Shown here piece by piece: positions 26,889 to 36,536 of a DNA stretch of 64,000 bases (positions are counted from its first letter, which is position 1; every line of letters starts with the position of its first letter). The stretch is from Saccharofermentanales bacterium (GTDB taxonomy: Bacteria > Bacillota > Clostridia > Saccharofermentanales > DTU023). The position numbers were made by a program, and so were the translations under genes. The stretch covers positions 102,905 through 166,904 of the forward strand of contig JBMNJV010000001.1 of NCBI GenBank assembly GCA_050951845.1, in the 5' to 3' direction. Below the pieces are notes generated by a model. The model worked only from the letters and a program-made list of their open reading frames with translations. It was not told the DNA's origin and searched no databases.

Positions 26889-28376
26889 ATGAGAGCCATC
26901 ATTGTATTTTTCGATACTCTCAATCGTGACTATTTACCGCAATACAATCCTGATTGCGGTACCATCGCACCAAATTTTGCAAGATTGGCCGAACGCAGCG
27001 TTCAATTCGACAACAACTATGTCGGATCTATGCCTTGTATTCCTGCCAGAAGAGATGTCCATACAGGCCGCTATAATTTTCTTCATAGAGAATGGGGACC
27101 GTTAGAGCCTTTTGATGACTCTATGCCGGAAATTCTGAAAAAGAACGGAATTTATACCCATTTAATCTCTGACCATCTGCACTACTGGGAAGACGGCGGG
27201 GCAACCTATCACTCCCGTTACTCCTCCTGGGAAATAGTTCGTGGTCAGGCAGGCGATCACTGGAAAGGCGAGCTTAAAGATCCTGAAGTTCCGGAAGTAG
27301 TTCGCGTTCCTCAAAGGCAGCAAGGTGGCGGTATAGCATCAGGATGGCGCTATGACTGGATAAACCGCGGGCATATCAAATCCGAGGCAGATTTCCCTCA
27401 AACTCAGTGTTTTGATTTGAGTTGTGAATTCATCGAAAAGAATAAAGACTACGATAACTGGTTCCTGCATATTGAGACTTTCGATCCTCATGAACCTTTC
27501 TTCGTGCCTCAAAAATATTTAGATATGTATCCGACAGATTATGACGGCAAGCTCTTCGACTGGCCGCGCGGCCCGCTGCAAGAAAGTGAAGAAGTTGTAC
27601 AAGAAGCCAGAAGACGTTATCAGGCTCTGATCACCATGTGCGACCGGAGTTTGGGACGCATCATGGATATGATGGACGAGTATAACATGTGGGATGATAC
27701 CCTCCTACTCGTAGGAACGGACCATGGCTTCCTTTTAGGCGAACATGATTATTGGGGTAAAAATTTAATGCCTTATTACAATCAAGTTGCCCATGCTCCT
27801 CTGTTTATCTGGGATCCGCGTTACGGCGTGAAAGGAGAGCACAGAGAATCTCTCGTTCAAATGATAGACTGGACACCAACTTTATTAAATTTCTTCGGCC
27901 AAGACATTCCGGAGGATGTTCAAGGGAGCAAATTGGATAACGTTATCACAGATGATGAGTCTAACAGAGATTATGCACTCTTCGGAGTTTTCAGCGGTCA
28001 TGCCAATATTACTGATGGCAGATACGTTTACATGAGAGCTCCGGAGCCGGATAAAAAAGACGATGTCTATAACTACACTCTGATGCCGGTTCATATGATG
28101 AATCGTTTCACACCTGATGAATTGAGAGATATGGAGCTTCATCCTCCTTTCTCCTTCACGAAAGGTTGTTCCGTCTTAAAGATTAAGAGCAAAGACCGTT
28201 ACAACGTAGCCCGCTATGGTACACGTCTCTACGATCTCGAAAATGATCCCAAACAGGAAAATCCCATTGACGATCCTGAAATCGAAGAGAGAATGAAACG
28301 TCTGCTCGTAAAAGCATTGAAAGAAAATGATTGTCCGAAGGAACAATACGTAAGATATGGTTTAACAGAAGAATAG
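26889..28376 (+). CDS. Cys-type sulfatase (formylglycine-dependent), apparently cytoplasmic
   Basis: 495 aa from ATG 26889 (AAGGAGAG RBS). Signature C-x-P-x-R plus TGR is present in SMPCIPARRDVHTGR. No N-terminal signal peptide or hydrophobic segment (MRAIIVFFDTLNRDY). Confidence 0.85.
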   Translation: MRAIIVFFDTLNRDYLPQYNPDCGTIAPNFARLAERSVQFDNNYVGSMPCIPARRDVHTGRYNFLHREWGPLEPFDDSMPEILKKNGIYTHLISDHLHYWEDGGATYHSRYSSWEIVRGQAGDHWKGELKDPEVPEVVRVPQRQQGGGIASGWRYDWINRGHIKSEADFPQTQCFDLSCEFIEKNKDYDNWFLHIETFDPHEPFFVPQKYLDMYPTDYDGKLFDWPRGPLQESEEVVQEARRRYQALITMCDRSLGRIMDMMDEYNMWDDTLLLVGTDHGFLLGEHDYWGKNLMPYYNQVAHAPLFIWDPRYGVKGEHRESLVQMIDWTPTLLNFFGQDIPEDVQGSKLDNVITDDESNRDYALFGVFSGHANITDGRYVYMRAPEPDKKDDVYNYTLMPVHMMNRFTPDELRDMELHPPFSFTKGCSVLKIKSKDRYNVARYGTRLYDLENDPKQENPIDDPEIEERMKRLLVKALKENDCPKEQYVRYGLTEE

Positions 28377-28413
28377 CTTTACAGTTCCATTGATAAACCG
28401 GACCAACAAAAAA

Positions 28414-28452
28414 GCCTTTCCCATGATTCTCTTTAACGGGAGAGGCTTTTTT
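28414..28452. terminator. Bidirectional rho-independent terminator between the convergent sulfatase and ligase genes
   Basis: GCCTTTCCC-15 nt loop-GGGAGAGGC (9-bp stem, one G-U), flanked by an A-run upstream and TTTTTT downstream. Confidence 0.75.
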
Positions 28453-28578
28453 ATATTCAGAATTTTATGACTTCCGACATTTTGCACTTTCCGACATTTG
28501 ATCCCTGCAAATACAGGCTGTCATTTGCCGGCCACCTCTATCTGAAACCACATTGTCGGGATGTATTCCTGAAATACT

Positions 28579-29850
28579 TCAGCCAATCATCCTCTTTCCT
28601 GAATAAAGAGACTTACAATTACCGTCACAAATTTGAGTACGTATTTTCAGTTTATAGTTTTTGTCACGTTCGGTGAAAATCGGCAAGTTGCAAATTCGGG
28701 TGCTTGTTTTGAGTTTGCCGGAAAGCAGAGCAGAGACACGTTTTTGTATCTCTTCTTCTATTTGAACATCTCCCAGAACATAGACCTCAAGCTCAAGTAC
28801 ATCACCGGCAAATTCAGCCTTAACATCTGCCAATTCTTTGATACCAAACAGCACTTCATCCAGATCCGACATGCGCAAATTATCGTCAAGACGCCCCTCC
28901 ACCTCTATTCTGGCACTCACGGCTCCGCAAGGACACGGCTCCGCCAGGATACGGGCCCTGTCACCCGTCCTGTATCTTATGAGCGGCATTATCTCCATTC
29001 CTACGGTCGTTATAACCAATTCTCCGTAGTCACCGTCAGGGACAGGTTTCCCGTTTTTTCCGATAATTTCAGTAATAATATGATTCTCCCTGACATGCAT
29101 GCCCTCATGAGCCTGACAGGTTACAGCTCCTCCGAGACAAGATTCTCTGAGACCGTAGTGCGGAAAGAGCCTGCTGCCCAGTATATCTTCGATTTCCCGC
29201 TGAACAGAAACAGAACAGACATCCGCAGAAACCAGGGCGCGTTTTAATGTAGAATTATTACCGCAGAATCTGAGCAATGAGAGCAGGGGTACCGGCATGC
29301 CTATATATGTATCGGGACGCTCAATACGCATCATTTCATTCAGTTCCGCATAACTTAAGTCCGAACCTGCCCTGATAGGCTTTGCACCCAGCAATTCCAC
29401 CGCCCTTGCTATCAGCTCGCCCAGGCCGCCAGAAACGGAAAAAGGCATAGTAATCAGCACAGTTTCGCCAGCCGCAGTCATCTCGGATATACCCGCAGCA
29501 AAAAAGCTGACTGTATTCTCCAAATCCCCGTCGGAATAAAAGATCCTCTTGGAAGGACCTGTGGTTCCGCTGGTGATGCCTGAAATAACCCTGCTCACCT
29601 CCGACTGAGAACCGAGAAGTAAAGAAGCAGCGTTTTCAGCCAGATCTTCTGCAGTTGTAAAGGGAAGGCCGGCTAATTCTCTCAGACTTGTGAGATGCTC
29701 CGGCAGATCAGCATAAAATCCCCCTCGTTTTTTTTCCTTGGCTAAGAGGGCATTCAGCTTGCTCAGCTGCAAGTTATCCAATATCTCTCCGGTCAAACAG
29801 GGAATATTTTCTTGATCACAGATCCATTTATCTAAGGCAGACTTTTTCAT
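28579..29850 (-). CDS. PaaK-like adenylate-forming enzyme (phenylacetate-CoA ligase / F390-synthetase-like)
   Basis: 423 aa from ATG 29850. Motifs TSGTTGPSKRIFYS and IRYRTGDRARI. Size and architecture are PaaK-like, not long acyl-CoA synthetase. Confidence 0.75.
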   Translation of the reverse strand: MKKSALDKWICDQENIPCLTGEILDNLQLSKLNALLAKEKKRGGFYADLPEHLTSLRELAGLPFTTAEDLAENAASLLLGSQSEVSRVISGITSGTTGPSKRIFYSDGDLENTVSFFAAGISEMTAAGETVLITMPFSVSGGLGELIARAVELLGAKPIRAGSDLSYAELNEMMRIERPDTYIGMPVPLLSLLRFCGNNSTLKRALVSADVCSVSVQREIEDILGSRLFPHYGLRESCLGGAVTCQAHEGMHVRENHIITEIIGKNGKPVPDGDYGELVITTVGMEIMPLIRYRTGDRARILAEPCPCGAVSARIEVEGRLDDNLRMSDLDEVLFGIKELADVKAEFAGDVLELEVYVLGDVQIEEEIQKRVSALLSGKLKTSTRICNLPIFTERDKNYKLKIRTQICDGNCKSLYSGKRMIG

Positions 29851-29953
29851 TTTCCGTATCAGGTCTCTCCTTTGCTGTGCGTGAGTTTGCAGAAGCAAAA
29901 AGGAACTATGTCACGCTCACTGTCTGCTGCACAAAATAATATGAATTTCTGAC

Positions 29954-30379
29954 TTAAATCAAATCGTATTTCTGCATGATCAAGATGCATTTTTCCAGCG
30001 TGTCTCTGACTACCATGGGGCAGCGCAGTACTTTGTTGCCCGGATCACCTTCCAAAATCTGCCTGCAGTCTATACCGCCGTATTCGGCAGTATATTCAAC
30101 AAACCATTCATATAACTCTTTTGACATGCTTTTCAAATTGACGTTCTCCACTTCGTCATCTCCGCCTCTTCCGCCAAAATAACTTAAAAAGCACATTCCC
30201 CCGCTGAGAGCGCCGCAGACCTCGCCAGAACCGTCAAGGCCTCCTCTCAGACCGGCCATGGCACGGACTAAGTCAGGATTTTCCTTACCCTCACTCTCAA
30301 GAGCAATCAATAGTATTACCTGTGCACAAGAATAACCTTTTTGCGAAAGCTCTAATAGTCTGTCGAAGATATCACTCAT
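29954..30379 (-). CDS. C_GCAxxG_C_C family redox-active protein
   Basis: 141 aa from ATG 30379. Conserved Cys pattern: YSCAQV, VCGALSGG, DCRQIL, RCPMVV. Confidence 0.7.
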   Translation of the reverse strand: MSDIFDRLLELSQKGYSCAQVILLIALESEGKENPDLVRAMAGLRGGLDGSGEVCGALSGGMCFLSYFGGRGGDDEVENVNLKSMSKELYEWFVEYTAEYGGIDCRQILEGDPGNKVLRCPMVVRDTLEKCILIMQKYDLI

Positions 30380-30384
30380 AGAAT

Positions 30385-30975
30385 TCACATCCTTTCACTG
30401 ACACTTAAAAAATACCTGAATCTTTTTGTACAATAATCATCGTGTTTAAGCTTACAGAACTTCTCCGCAGTCCCGTCCCATATCCTCTCAATGTAATAGT
30501 ATTTCCATTCGTCAGTAATATCCACACAGGATAGGGGGTTAAAACCGCCTGTCCGCAAAAATTTATAAAAATTTGCCTCATCACCATAAAAAATATCTGA
30601 GAGGAGAAGTTTTCCGCCTCTTATCAGCAGCCTGTGAGCTTCCCTGAGAGCTGCGCAGCCATCTCCCGAGATAAAAAAAGCACATTCGGATATAATCGCT
30701 TCAAAGCTCCCGTCGGAAAAACAGGCCCTCAACATATCGCCTCCGGTCACATCTTCCCCGGGCTCCAGATCTATACCGCAGGCATCAAAACCCAGCTCTT
30801 TTAATAGTTTGAGAGTAGCTCCGCTCCCGGCTCCCATGTCCAGAATTCTGCAGGGCTCAATACCCGAATGCTTGATCAGACGTCTCGTTGTTTTCCGGCC
30901 GCCGGGATGCCTTTCAAGCTTCTCTTTATATCCCGTGTTCAGACATAAAGAATCAGTAAATCCTGATACATCCAC
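30385..30975 (-). CDS. Class I SAM-dependent methyltransferase
   Basis: 196 aa. GTG start overlaps the upstream stop by 1 nt, with GGAGGA RBS. Motif I is ILDMGAGSGATL; acidic loop is GIDLEP. Confidence 0.8.
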   Translation of the reverse strand: MDVSGFTDSLCLNTGYKEKLERHPGGRKTTRRLIKHSGIEPCRILDMGAGSGATLKLLKELGFDACGIDLEPGEDVTGGDMLRACFSDGSFEAIISECAFFISGDGCAALREAHRLLIRGGKLLLSDIFYGDEANFYKFLRTGGFNPLSCVDITDEWKYYYIERIWDGTAEKFCKLKHDDYCTKRFRYFLSVSERM

Positions 30976-31196
30976 TACTTATCCTCCAGAACCTTCTCTA
31001 CGGAAAGAACCTTACCCAGAGCCAAATCCTCCGGGACATAAACAAAGCCGCATTTAGGGCAGGCGGGTAACTCGACGGGAAATGAATTGTCCAGATATTC
31101 AAAAACCGCCTCCGTCTTTTCCAGAGGGATACCGCACTTGCTGCAGATGAGATTTTCCTCCGCTTCCACAGAGTAATATACTTTATTGTCTGTCAT
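30975..31196 (-). CDS. Small zinc-ribbon protein (two CxxC pairs)
   Basis: 73 aa. CSKCG...CPKCG. Translationally coupled on both sides (overlapping stop/start codons). Confidence 0.7.
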   Translation of the reverse strand: MTDNKVYYSVEAEENLICSKCGIPLEKTEAVFEYLDNSFPVELPACPKCGFVYVPEDLALGKVLSVEKVLEDK

Positions 31197-33496
31197 ACAT
31201 CATACCTCGTTCTCACCTTCATGCGGTGACTGTATGCTCCTTTGATATTGTAAACGCCCGCTTCGTCCTCTGTAAATCTGAGCCAAAATGTGACATTACC
31301 CTTTCTCAAAGAACTCGTGAGCAGGCCGCTTTTTTCATCGTAGACGGCACTTCCGCCGGCATGATACGCCCCTATGACGTCATATACGTCTTCCTCCAGA
31401 ATCATGCGCTGATCAAGAATTTTGGCCACATCCTCCGGTATCACTATCTTGTATTCGGGACTCACCACTATTACCTCCTCATTCCATATCTCTTCCAACA
31501 GCTTACGCTTGAGATTCAGTCTGTTTTTGCGCTTCTCGGATATATCGGGCGGGTTACCTGCCGGAGCTGCATAAACAAGTTCAAGTACATGCATACTCTC
31601 CCTTCCTTCTCTGGCGAAGCGGTCGCGGCAGGCCATGCAATAACTGATATAAGGCACATCTTCATCCTTGGTGCAACTTTGAGCCATCTTGGATGCGAGA
31701 TCCTTATTTACATAACTCACGAGACCGCCGTAGCCGCAACATTCCGTCATGTCGCCGTTATACGGAACCTCCTTTAATGTGCAGCCTAAACTGGCAGTAA
31801 GCTTACGCAGAGCAACTTGCATATCGCTATCTCCTCTTGCGCTGCAGGAATCGTGCATGATCAGCGGTCTGTCGTATTCCAAGGCTCCCTCGGGCAATCC
31901 GTTTTCATTAAGTATATCCCAGATACCTTTCACCTCTGTCCCCGTCATTTCTTCAAGCGTCTTTTTGCAAGTGGGACAAGCAGCGATTATTTGAGGATTT
32001 CCGAGTTTATTCAGTTCGCTTTTTAAGAGTTCTTCACACTCCTCATAAATTGCAGTCCTTCCGGCCCATTTGGCTATAGCACCGCAACAGCCGTTGATCA
32101 GACCTACTCCTCCTTCAAGTCTTTCTGCCAGATCCGAATAGGCCTTAAATACCGCCTCAGGCGCTATGGCTCCGGCCTGACACCCCGGAAAAAACACATA
32201 TTTGCATTCCTCATATCCTGATTGGGGCTTGGCAAGAAAAGCTTCATTGTTTGAAAAGAGCATGTCCAAAAGGGCAAATTCATGGTAGGCCAGAGACATC
32301 TTGGTCGTGCTGACCATATTTTCCCTGGCATCCCTGCAGATTTCAGCCATGTCATAGCCGTTGGGACAAGTGAAAGTACACTGACCGCAGAGTGAACAAG
32401 AGTTTATGGTCTTATTCATCAGGTGGTCACCCATGATTATATCTACGTTGTTGTAAATCTCTCTGGTTAGTAACCGCGGGTATTTGCCCGTTTCCTGCAG
32501 AAAAACACAGTGTTTTATGCATTCCTCACATTTACACTGTATACATCGCGCAGCTTCTTCCATTGCAGCTTCTTTTGTGTAACCTTCTTCCGGCTCGGGG
32601 ATTCGCTTTGAGGGAACCGCCTCACTCATGTCAGTGTAAAGCCTGGACTCTCTAGCCCCTTCTTCGCCCCGCGAACTTCCCGGATCCAAGCCCTGGGCTA
32701 TGCGATCAGCGGAAACTCCCGCTCTCCTTGCATCAAAAATAGCTTCTAAAACACTTATATCGCTGTTTTGCGAGCTGAGGAGCTTAGATACAGGAGATAA
32801 CAGGGTCCTGCTGTCAGGTATATCTCCCGGAAAACATTCATCCAGAAAACTGCGGGCTGCAGCGACTATATTATAGATTTCCTGCTCGCTCTCAAATAAC
32901 TCTTTTGTGAGCTTGGCAGAGTAAATAATTTTTATATCCATAGCCTCAAGCCTTGCAGCTTCTTTGGCCAAATCATCTTCCGATAAAAAAGGGGCACAGT
33001 CTTTAATCAGAGAGATTGCGTCCGCCTGGCTTACATAAAAACTCGTGGGATAGCTTTTTCTCGCCAGCTCCGCAGCCAGAGAAAGTGAAAACAGATCCGC
33101 ACCGTACACTGCTGCCTTTTGCTTTTTCTTGAACTTCAGCATGCCCCTCCCCGTCTTCGGGCTGCCATGGTTGATCGCCGCACGTTCTAAAGCCGGAATA
33201 TCAATACCTTCCCCGACTTCGTTCATCCTGCAGACCTCTTTGCAAGGAGCTGCACAGCCGTAAACCAGGATACGAGGAAATGGCGTGACATGCTCAAGCA
33301 TTGCACGAGCCTCGGAGAAATTACCTTTCTCTACAAAGGCTATCAGTTTTTTTGCGTCTAAACCCAAAGGACAGGCAGCGTGGCAAAAAGCGGGTTCTTC
33401 ATAAATACAGCGATATTCACGCTCCAGCAATCCCTCTAAGCTATACAGCTTTTTTTGAATATAGTCCCTGGTAGATCTCTCTTTGAAATGGTCCAT
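31193..33496 (-). CDS. Multidomain Fe-S oxidoreductase: GltD-like N-terminal cluster domain + degenerate dinucleotide fold + 2x[4Fe-4S] + two CCG (HdrD/GlpC-like) domains + unknown C-terminal domain
   Basis: 767 aa, RBS GGAGAG.
- N-terminus: CHAACPLG...YGCAAPCKEVC.
- Degenerate fold: AAVYGADLFS in place of GxGxxG.
- 4Fe-4S motifs: CIQCKCEECIKHC and CSLCGQCTFTCP.
- CCG patterns: C439..C470C471..C507xxC510 and C551..C586C587..C620xxC623. Confidence 0.8.
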   Translation of the reverse strand: MDHFKERSTRDYIQKKLYSLEGLLEREYRCIYEEPAFCHAACPLGLDAKKLIAFVEKGNFSEARAMLEHVTPFPRILVYGCAAPCKEVCRMNEVGEGIDIPALERAAINHGSPKTGRGMLKFKKKQKAAVYGADLFSLSLAAELARKSYPTSFYVSQADAISLIKDCAPFLSEDDLAKEAARLEAMDIKIIYSAKLTKELFESEQEIYNIVAAARSFLDECFPGDIPDSRTLLSPVSKLLSSQNSDISVLEAIFDARRAGVSADRIAQGLDPGSSRGEEGARESRLYTDMSEAVPSKRIPEPEEGYTKEAAMEEAARCIQCKCEECIKHCVFLQETGKYPRLLTREIYNNVDIIMGDHLMNKTINSCSLCGQCTFTCPNGYDMAEICRDARENMVSTTKMSLAYHEFALLDMLFSNNEAFLAKPQSGYEECKYVFFPGCQAGAIAPEAVFKAYSDLAERLEGGVGLINGCCGAIAKWAGRTAIYEECEELLKSELNKLGNPQIIAACPTCKKTLEEMTGTEVKGIWDILNENGLPEGALEYDRPLIMHDSCSARGDSDMQVALRKLTASLGCTLKEVPYNGDMTECCGYGGLVSYVNKDLASKMAQSCTKDEDVPYISYCMACRDRFAREGRESMHVLELVYAAPAGNPPDISEKRKNRLNLKRKLLEEIWNEEVIVVSPEYKIVIPEDVAKILDQRMILEEDVYDVIGAYHAGGSAVYDEKSGLLTSSLRKGNVTFWLRFTEDEAGVYNIKGAYSHRMKVRTRYDV

Positions 33497-33755
33497 AAAT
33501 TTCTCTCCATTTGTCTGGCAGTGCTAGGGAATAATCCTGCATAGTATTATTTTAGAGATACAGAATCATAGCCATCCTTTTAAGGATGGTTTGAAATCGG
33601 CTTATAAGACTTGTCAGCGCCCGGCATCTCAAGATGCCGGATTTCACTACATTCAAACAGAGAGGCGGTATAACCTGCCTCTCTGTTTATTATAATACAT
33701 TAATTAAGTGTTTCGCTGACTATATAATATTTTACAATATTTTTTACTGACTATC

Positions 33756-36512
33756 CTATAATTCTTTCAGTGCTTCCAGGACTACATCCGGTTTAGCAGG
33801 GACTCTGGTTATACGAGCGCCGGTAGCATTATAGATAGCGTTCAGTATAGCCGGATGAGGTGCGGTCAGTGGTGCTTCACCGCAGCCTGCAGCTCCGAAG
33901 AGGCTATTCGGACGCGGATGAGATTCCTGATAGATAACTTCCAGGTTGTCAGGTATATCCGTCGGATACGGAATGCCGCATCTGAGCAGAGATGTGTGCT
34001 TCTCAAGATCTTCGAAATCCTCGGTTAACGCCAGACCGATACCTTGTGCAAGTCCTCCGTAGAACTGTCCGTCTACGACGGCTTTATTCATTACAGTTCC
34101 GACATCGGCAACACAAGTAAATTTCTCAACTTTAACCTTGCCGGTTTCTGTGTCAACAGCTACCTCCGGCAGGAAAATGCTGTACATATATCCCGGGAAC
34201 GGATCGCCCTGACCGGTTTCCTGGTTTAGTGCAACCGAAGCGGTGAAAGCATAAACGCCTTTTGCATGGGTGTCTATTCCATCGGCCTGCATTTCCTCAT
34301 ATGTCCTGTATGTTCCGTCATCTTTCTTCATAGCTTTGACCAGGTTTTCACATGCAATACGAGTTGCATTGCCTGTCATTATTGTCGAACGGCTGCCGCC
34401 GGCAGGACCGGAGTTCGGGGTGTGCTTGGTATCACATTGGAATAATTTAATATCTTCCGGCTTAAAGCCTGCTTCTCTCAGTGCTTCGTGTGCCGAAGTA
34501 AGAGTTCCCATATCGGCACCTTGACCGTGATCTTCCCAGGAGTTTCTGACCAGGACAGTATTATCAGGCTGTAAGTCGACCCAGCACTCGGAGACATCTG
34601 AGTTATCTAAGCTACAACCGTATACACCCAAGGAAACACCGATGCCGTATTTGATTTTTCCGTCAGAAGCGGCGTTCTTTTCTTCTACGCGTTTCTTGGC
34701 TTCCAGATATTTCGGACGTGCCAGATCGTAAAGATCCTCTAAGCAATATACATCAGGTTTGCAGCCGGTTGGCGTGCGAGAGTCTTCACTTTCCTTGTAG
34801 CAGTTCATAGCTCTCATTTCGAAAGGATCGATTCCCATCTTGGCAGCGAGGCAGTCAATAGCTATATCGCTACCCATAAAGGCCTGAGGTGAACCGTAAG
34901 CTCTGAATGCCGAACCCCATGCGTGATTGGTAAATACTGTTGAATTTTTGCTTCTTATACTCGGGATATCAAGACCTGCGCCCACGAACTGAGTCAATCT
35001 GTGAGTGAGAAGATCGCCGAATTCCGAGTACGGACCGTGATCAATGTAATTACGGCCCCAGAGTGCCTGGATCTTACCGTCATCATCGGCAGCAAGCTTG
35101 ATATTCATGAAGCCCGGGCTTCTCTTTCCGGTATAAGTGATGGATTGATACATATTAAAGTTAAGGCTGACAGGGCGCTGTGTAACAAAAGCGGCAACTC
35201 CCAGCAGAGCCTCGTTTGTCGGTGAGAATTTATATCCGAAGGTACCTCCGGCATTATTTTGAACCATTCTTAAGTTTTCCATCTCAACACCGATACCTTC
35301 AGCAATCATCGGCATATGGAGGTGGATACCTATACTCTTGGAATGAATAGTGAGCATTCCGTCTTCGTCTATGTATGCATAGCCGTTGTCAGGCTCGAGG
35401 TACATGTGAGGCTGACGTGAACAGTAGCTCTCGATTTCTATTTGATTTTCTTCAGGTACGCTGTCCCAATCGAAATCAGGTCCCTTGATACAATTTGTCT
35501 CGTAATATTCGTTAGGAATTCCCGGATGAATTTCGATTGCGTCAGGCGCAAGTGCTTCAGGCACACTCATGTACGCAGGGAGAACTTCCAGATCAACTTT
35601 TACAGCTTTTGCAGCCGCCCTGGCTTGTTCCTCTGTGTCTGCAGCTACGATCGCTATGGCATCGCCGAATTGGAAAACTTTCTCGTCACAAAGTATCGGG
35701 CGATCCCAGCCGTCACATTTGTTGTTTAACGGTAACATGACGAGACCGTTGATACGGTTCTTTCCGGGAACATCTTTGGCAGTGATAATCTTGTATACTC
35801 CGGGCATTTTTTCCGCCTCGGAAGTATCTATACCTTTGATATTGGCATGTGAAACTTCAGCTTGAACCAGGGCAAGACGTAAGGTGTCCGGAGGCATATA
35901 AAGTGCATCGTCCGCACCGAAGTCCCAGGTTCCCGTTACTTTCATTGCAGCTGAAGGACGTACATACTCCGTGCCGAGTATGCGATTGTCTGTCGGTTCA
36001 AACATGAGATCTTCTTTGGTTTTTTCACCTCGCAATACTGCAGCCGCTGCCATGGTGGCATCGATGAGAGGCTTATAGCCGGTACATCTGCAGAGATTAC
36101 GGCATTTGTTGAACCATGCGCTGACTTCTTCTCTGGTCGGATCAGGATTTTGATCAAGCAGAACCTTGGCACTGATTATGAAGCCGGGGCTGCAGAAACC
36201 GCACTGTGCACATCCATAAGCCATCCATGCCACTTGAAGCGGATGGAGATTGTCAAGTGTACCTATACCTTCAATTGTCGTGATTTCAGAAAAATCAGGA
36301 ACATTTGAGATCGGTACGATACAGGACCTGGTTACTTTTCCGTCTAATATAACATTACAAGCTCCGCATTGACCTTGCCCACAGCCGATCTTACATCCTG
36401 TGAGCAGAAGACGCTCACGAAGTATAGTTGAGAGCTTTTCATCACCCTTGACGAGAATACTCCTCTTAACTCCGTTAATATTCAGAATTTTTTTAGTGAC
36501 TCCCTTACCCAT
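33756..36512 (-). CDS. Molybdopterin-dependent aldehyde oxidoreductase, MOP type (2x[2Fe-2S] + Moco domains, no FAD domain)
   Basis: 918 aa. [2Fe-2S] motifs are CKIGCGQGQCGACNV, CAQCGFCSPG and CRCTGY. They are followed directly by xanthine-oxidase-family Mo domains (GGTFGYK). The architecture equals Desulfovibrio gigas MOP. RBS GAAAGGAG. Confidence 0.85.
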   Translation of the reverse strand: MGKGVTKKILNINGVKRSILVKGDEKLSTILRERLLLTGCKIGCGQGQCGACNVILDGKVTRSCIVPISNVPDFSEITTIEGIGTLDNLHPLQVAWMAYGCAQCGFCSPGFIISAKVLLDQNPDPTREEVSAWFNKCRNLCRCTGYKPLIDATMAAAAVLRGEKTKEDLMFEPTDNRILGTEYVRPSAAMKVTGTWDFGADDALYMPPDTLRLALVQAEVSHANIKGIDTSEAEKMPGVYKIITAKDVPGKNRINGLVMLPLNNKCDGWDRPILCDEKVFQFGDAIAIVAADTEEQARAAAKAVKVDLEVLPAYMSVPEALAPDAIEIHPGIPNEYYETNCIKGPDFDWDSVPEENQIEIESYCSRQPHMYLEPDNGYAYIDEDGMLTIHSKSIGIHLHMPMIAEGIGVEMENLRMVQNNAGGTFGYKFSPTNEALLGVAAFVTQRPVSLNFNMYQSITYTGKRSPGFMNIKLAADDDGKIQALWGRNYIDHGPYSEFGDLLTHRLTQFVGAGLDIPSIRSKNSTVFTNHAWGSAFRAYGSPQAFMGSDIAIDCLAAKMGIDPFEMRAMNCYKESEDSRTPTGCKPDVYCLEDLYDLARPKYLEAKKRVEEKNAASDGKIKYGIGVSLGVYGCSLDNSDVSECWVDLQPDNTVLVRNSWEDHGQGADMGTLTSAHEALREAGFKPEDIKLFQCDTKHTPNSGPAGGSRSTIMTGNATRIACENLVKAMKKDDGTYRTYEEMQADGIDTHAKGVYAFTASVALNQETGQGDPFPGYMYSIFLPEVAVDTETGKVKVEKFTCVADVGTVMNKAVVDGQFYGGLAQGIGLALTEDFEDLEKHTSLLRCGIPYPTDIPDNLEVIYQESHPRPNSLFGAAGCGEAPLTAPHPAILNAIYNATGARITRVPAKPDVVLEALKEL

Positions 36513-36536
36513 TCTGGATTCTCCTTTCTGGATTAC

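Noticed and set aside
28633-29247. Long antisense ORFs inside real genes (e.g. 28633-29247, 31226-31777, 23620-24054, 5427-5912, 41307-41741, 12502-13095 and their copy-2 twins)
   Set aside because: Each lies wholly within a longer opposite-strand ORF that has clear family motifs. None has an RBS or a recognisable domain.
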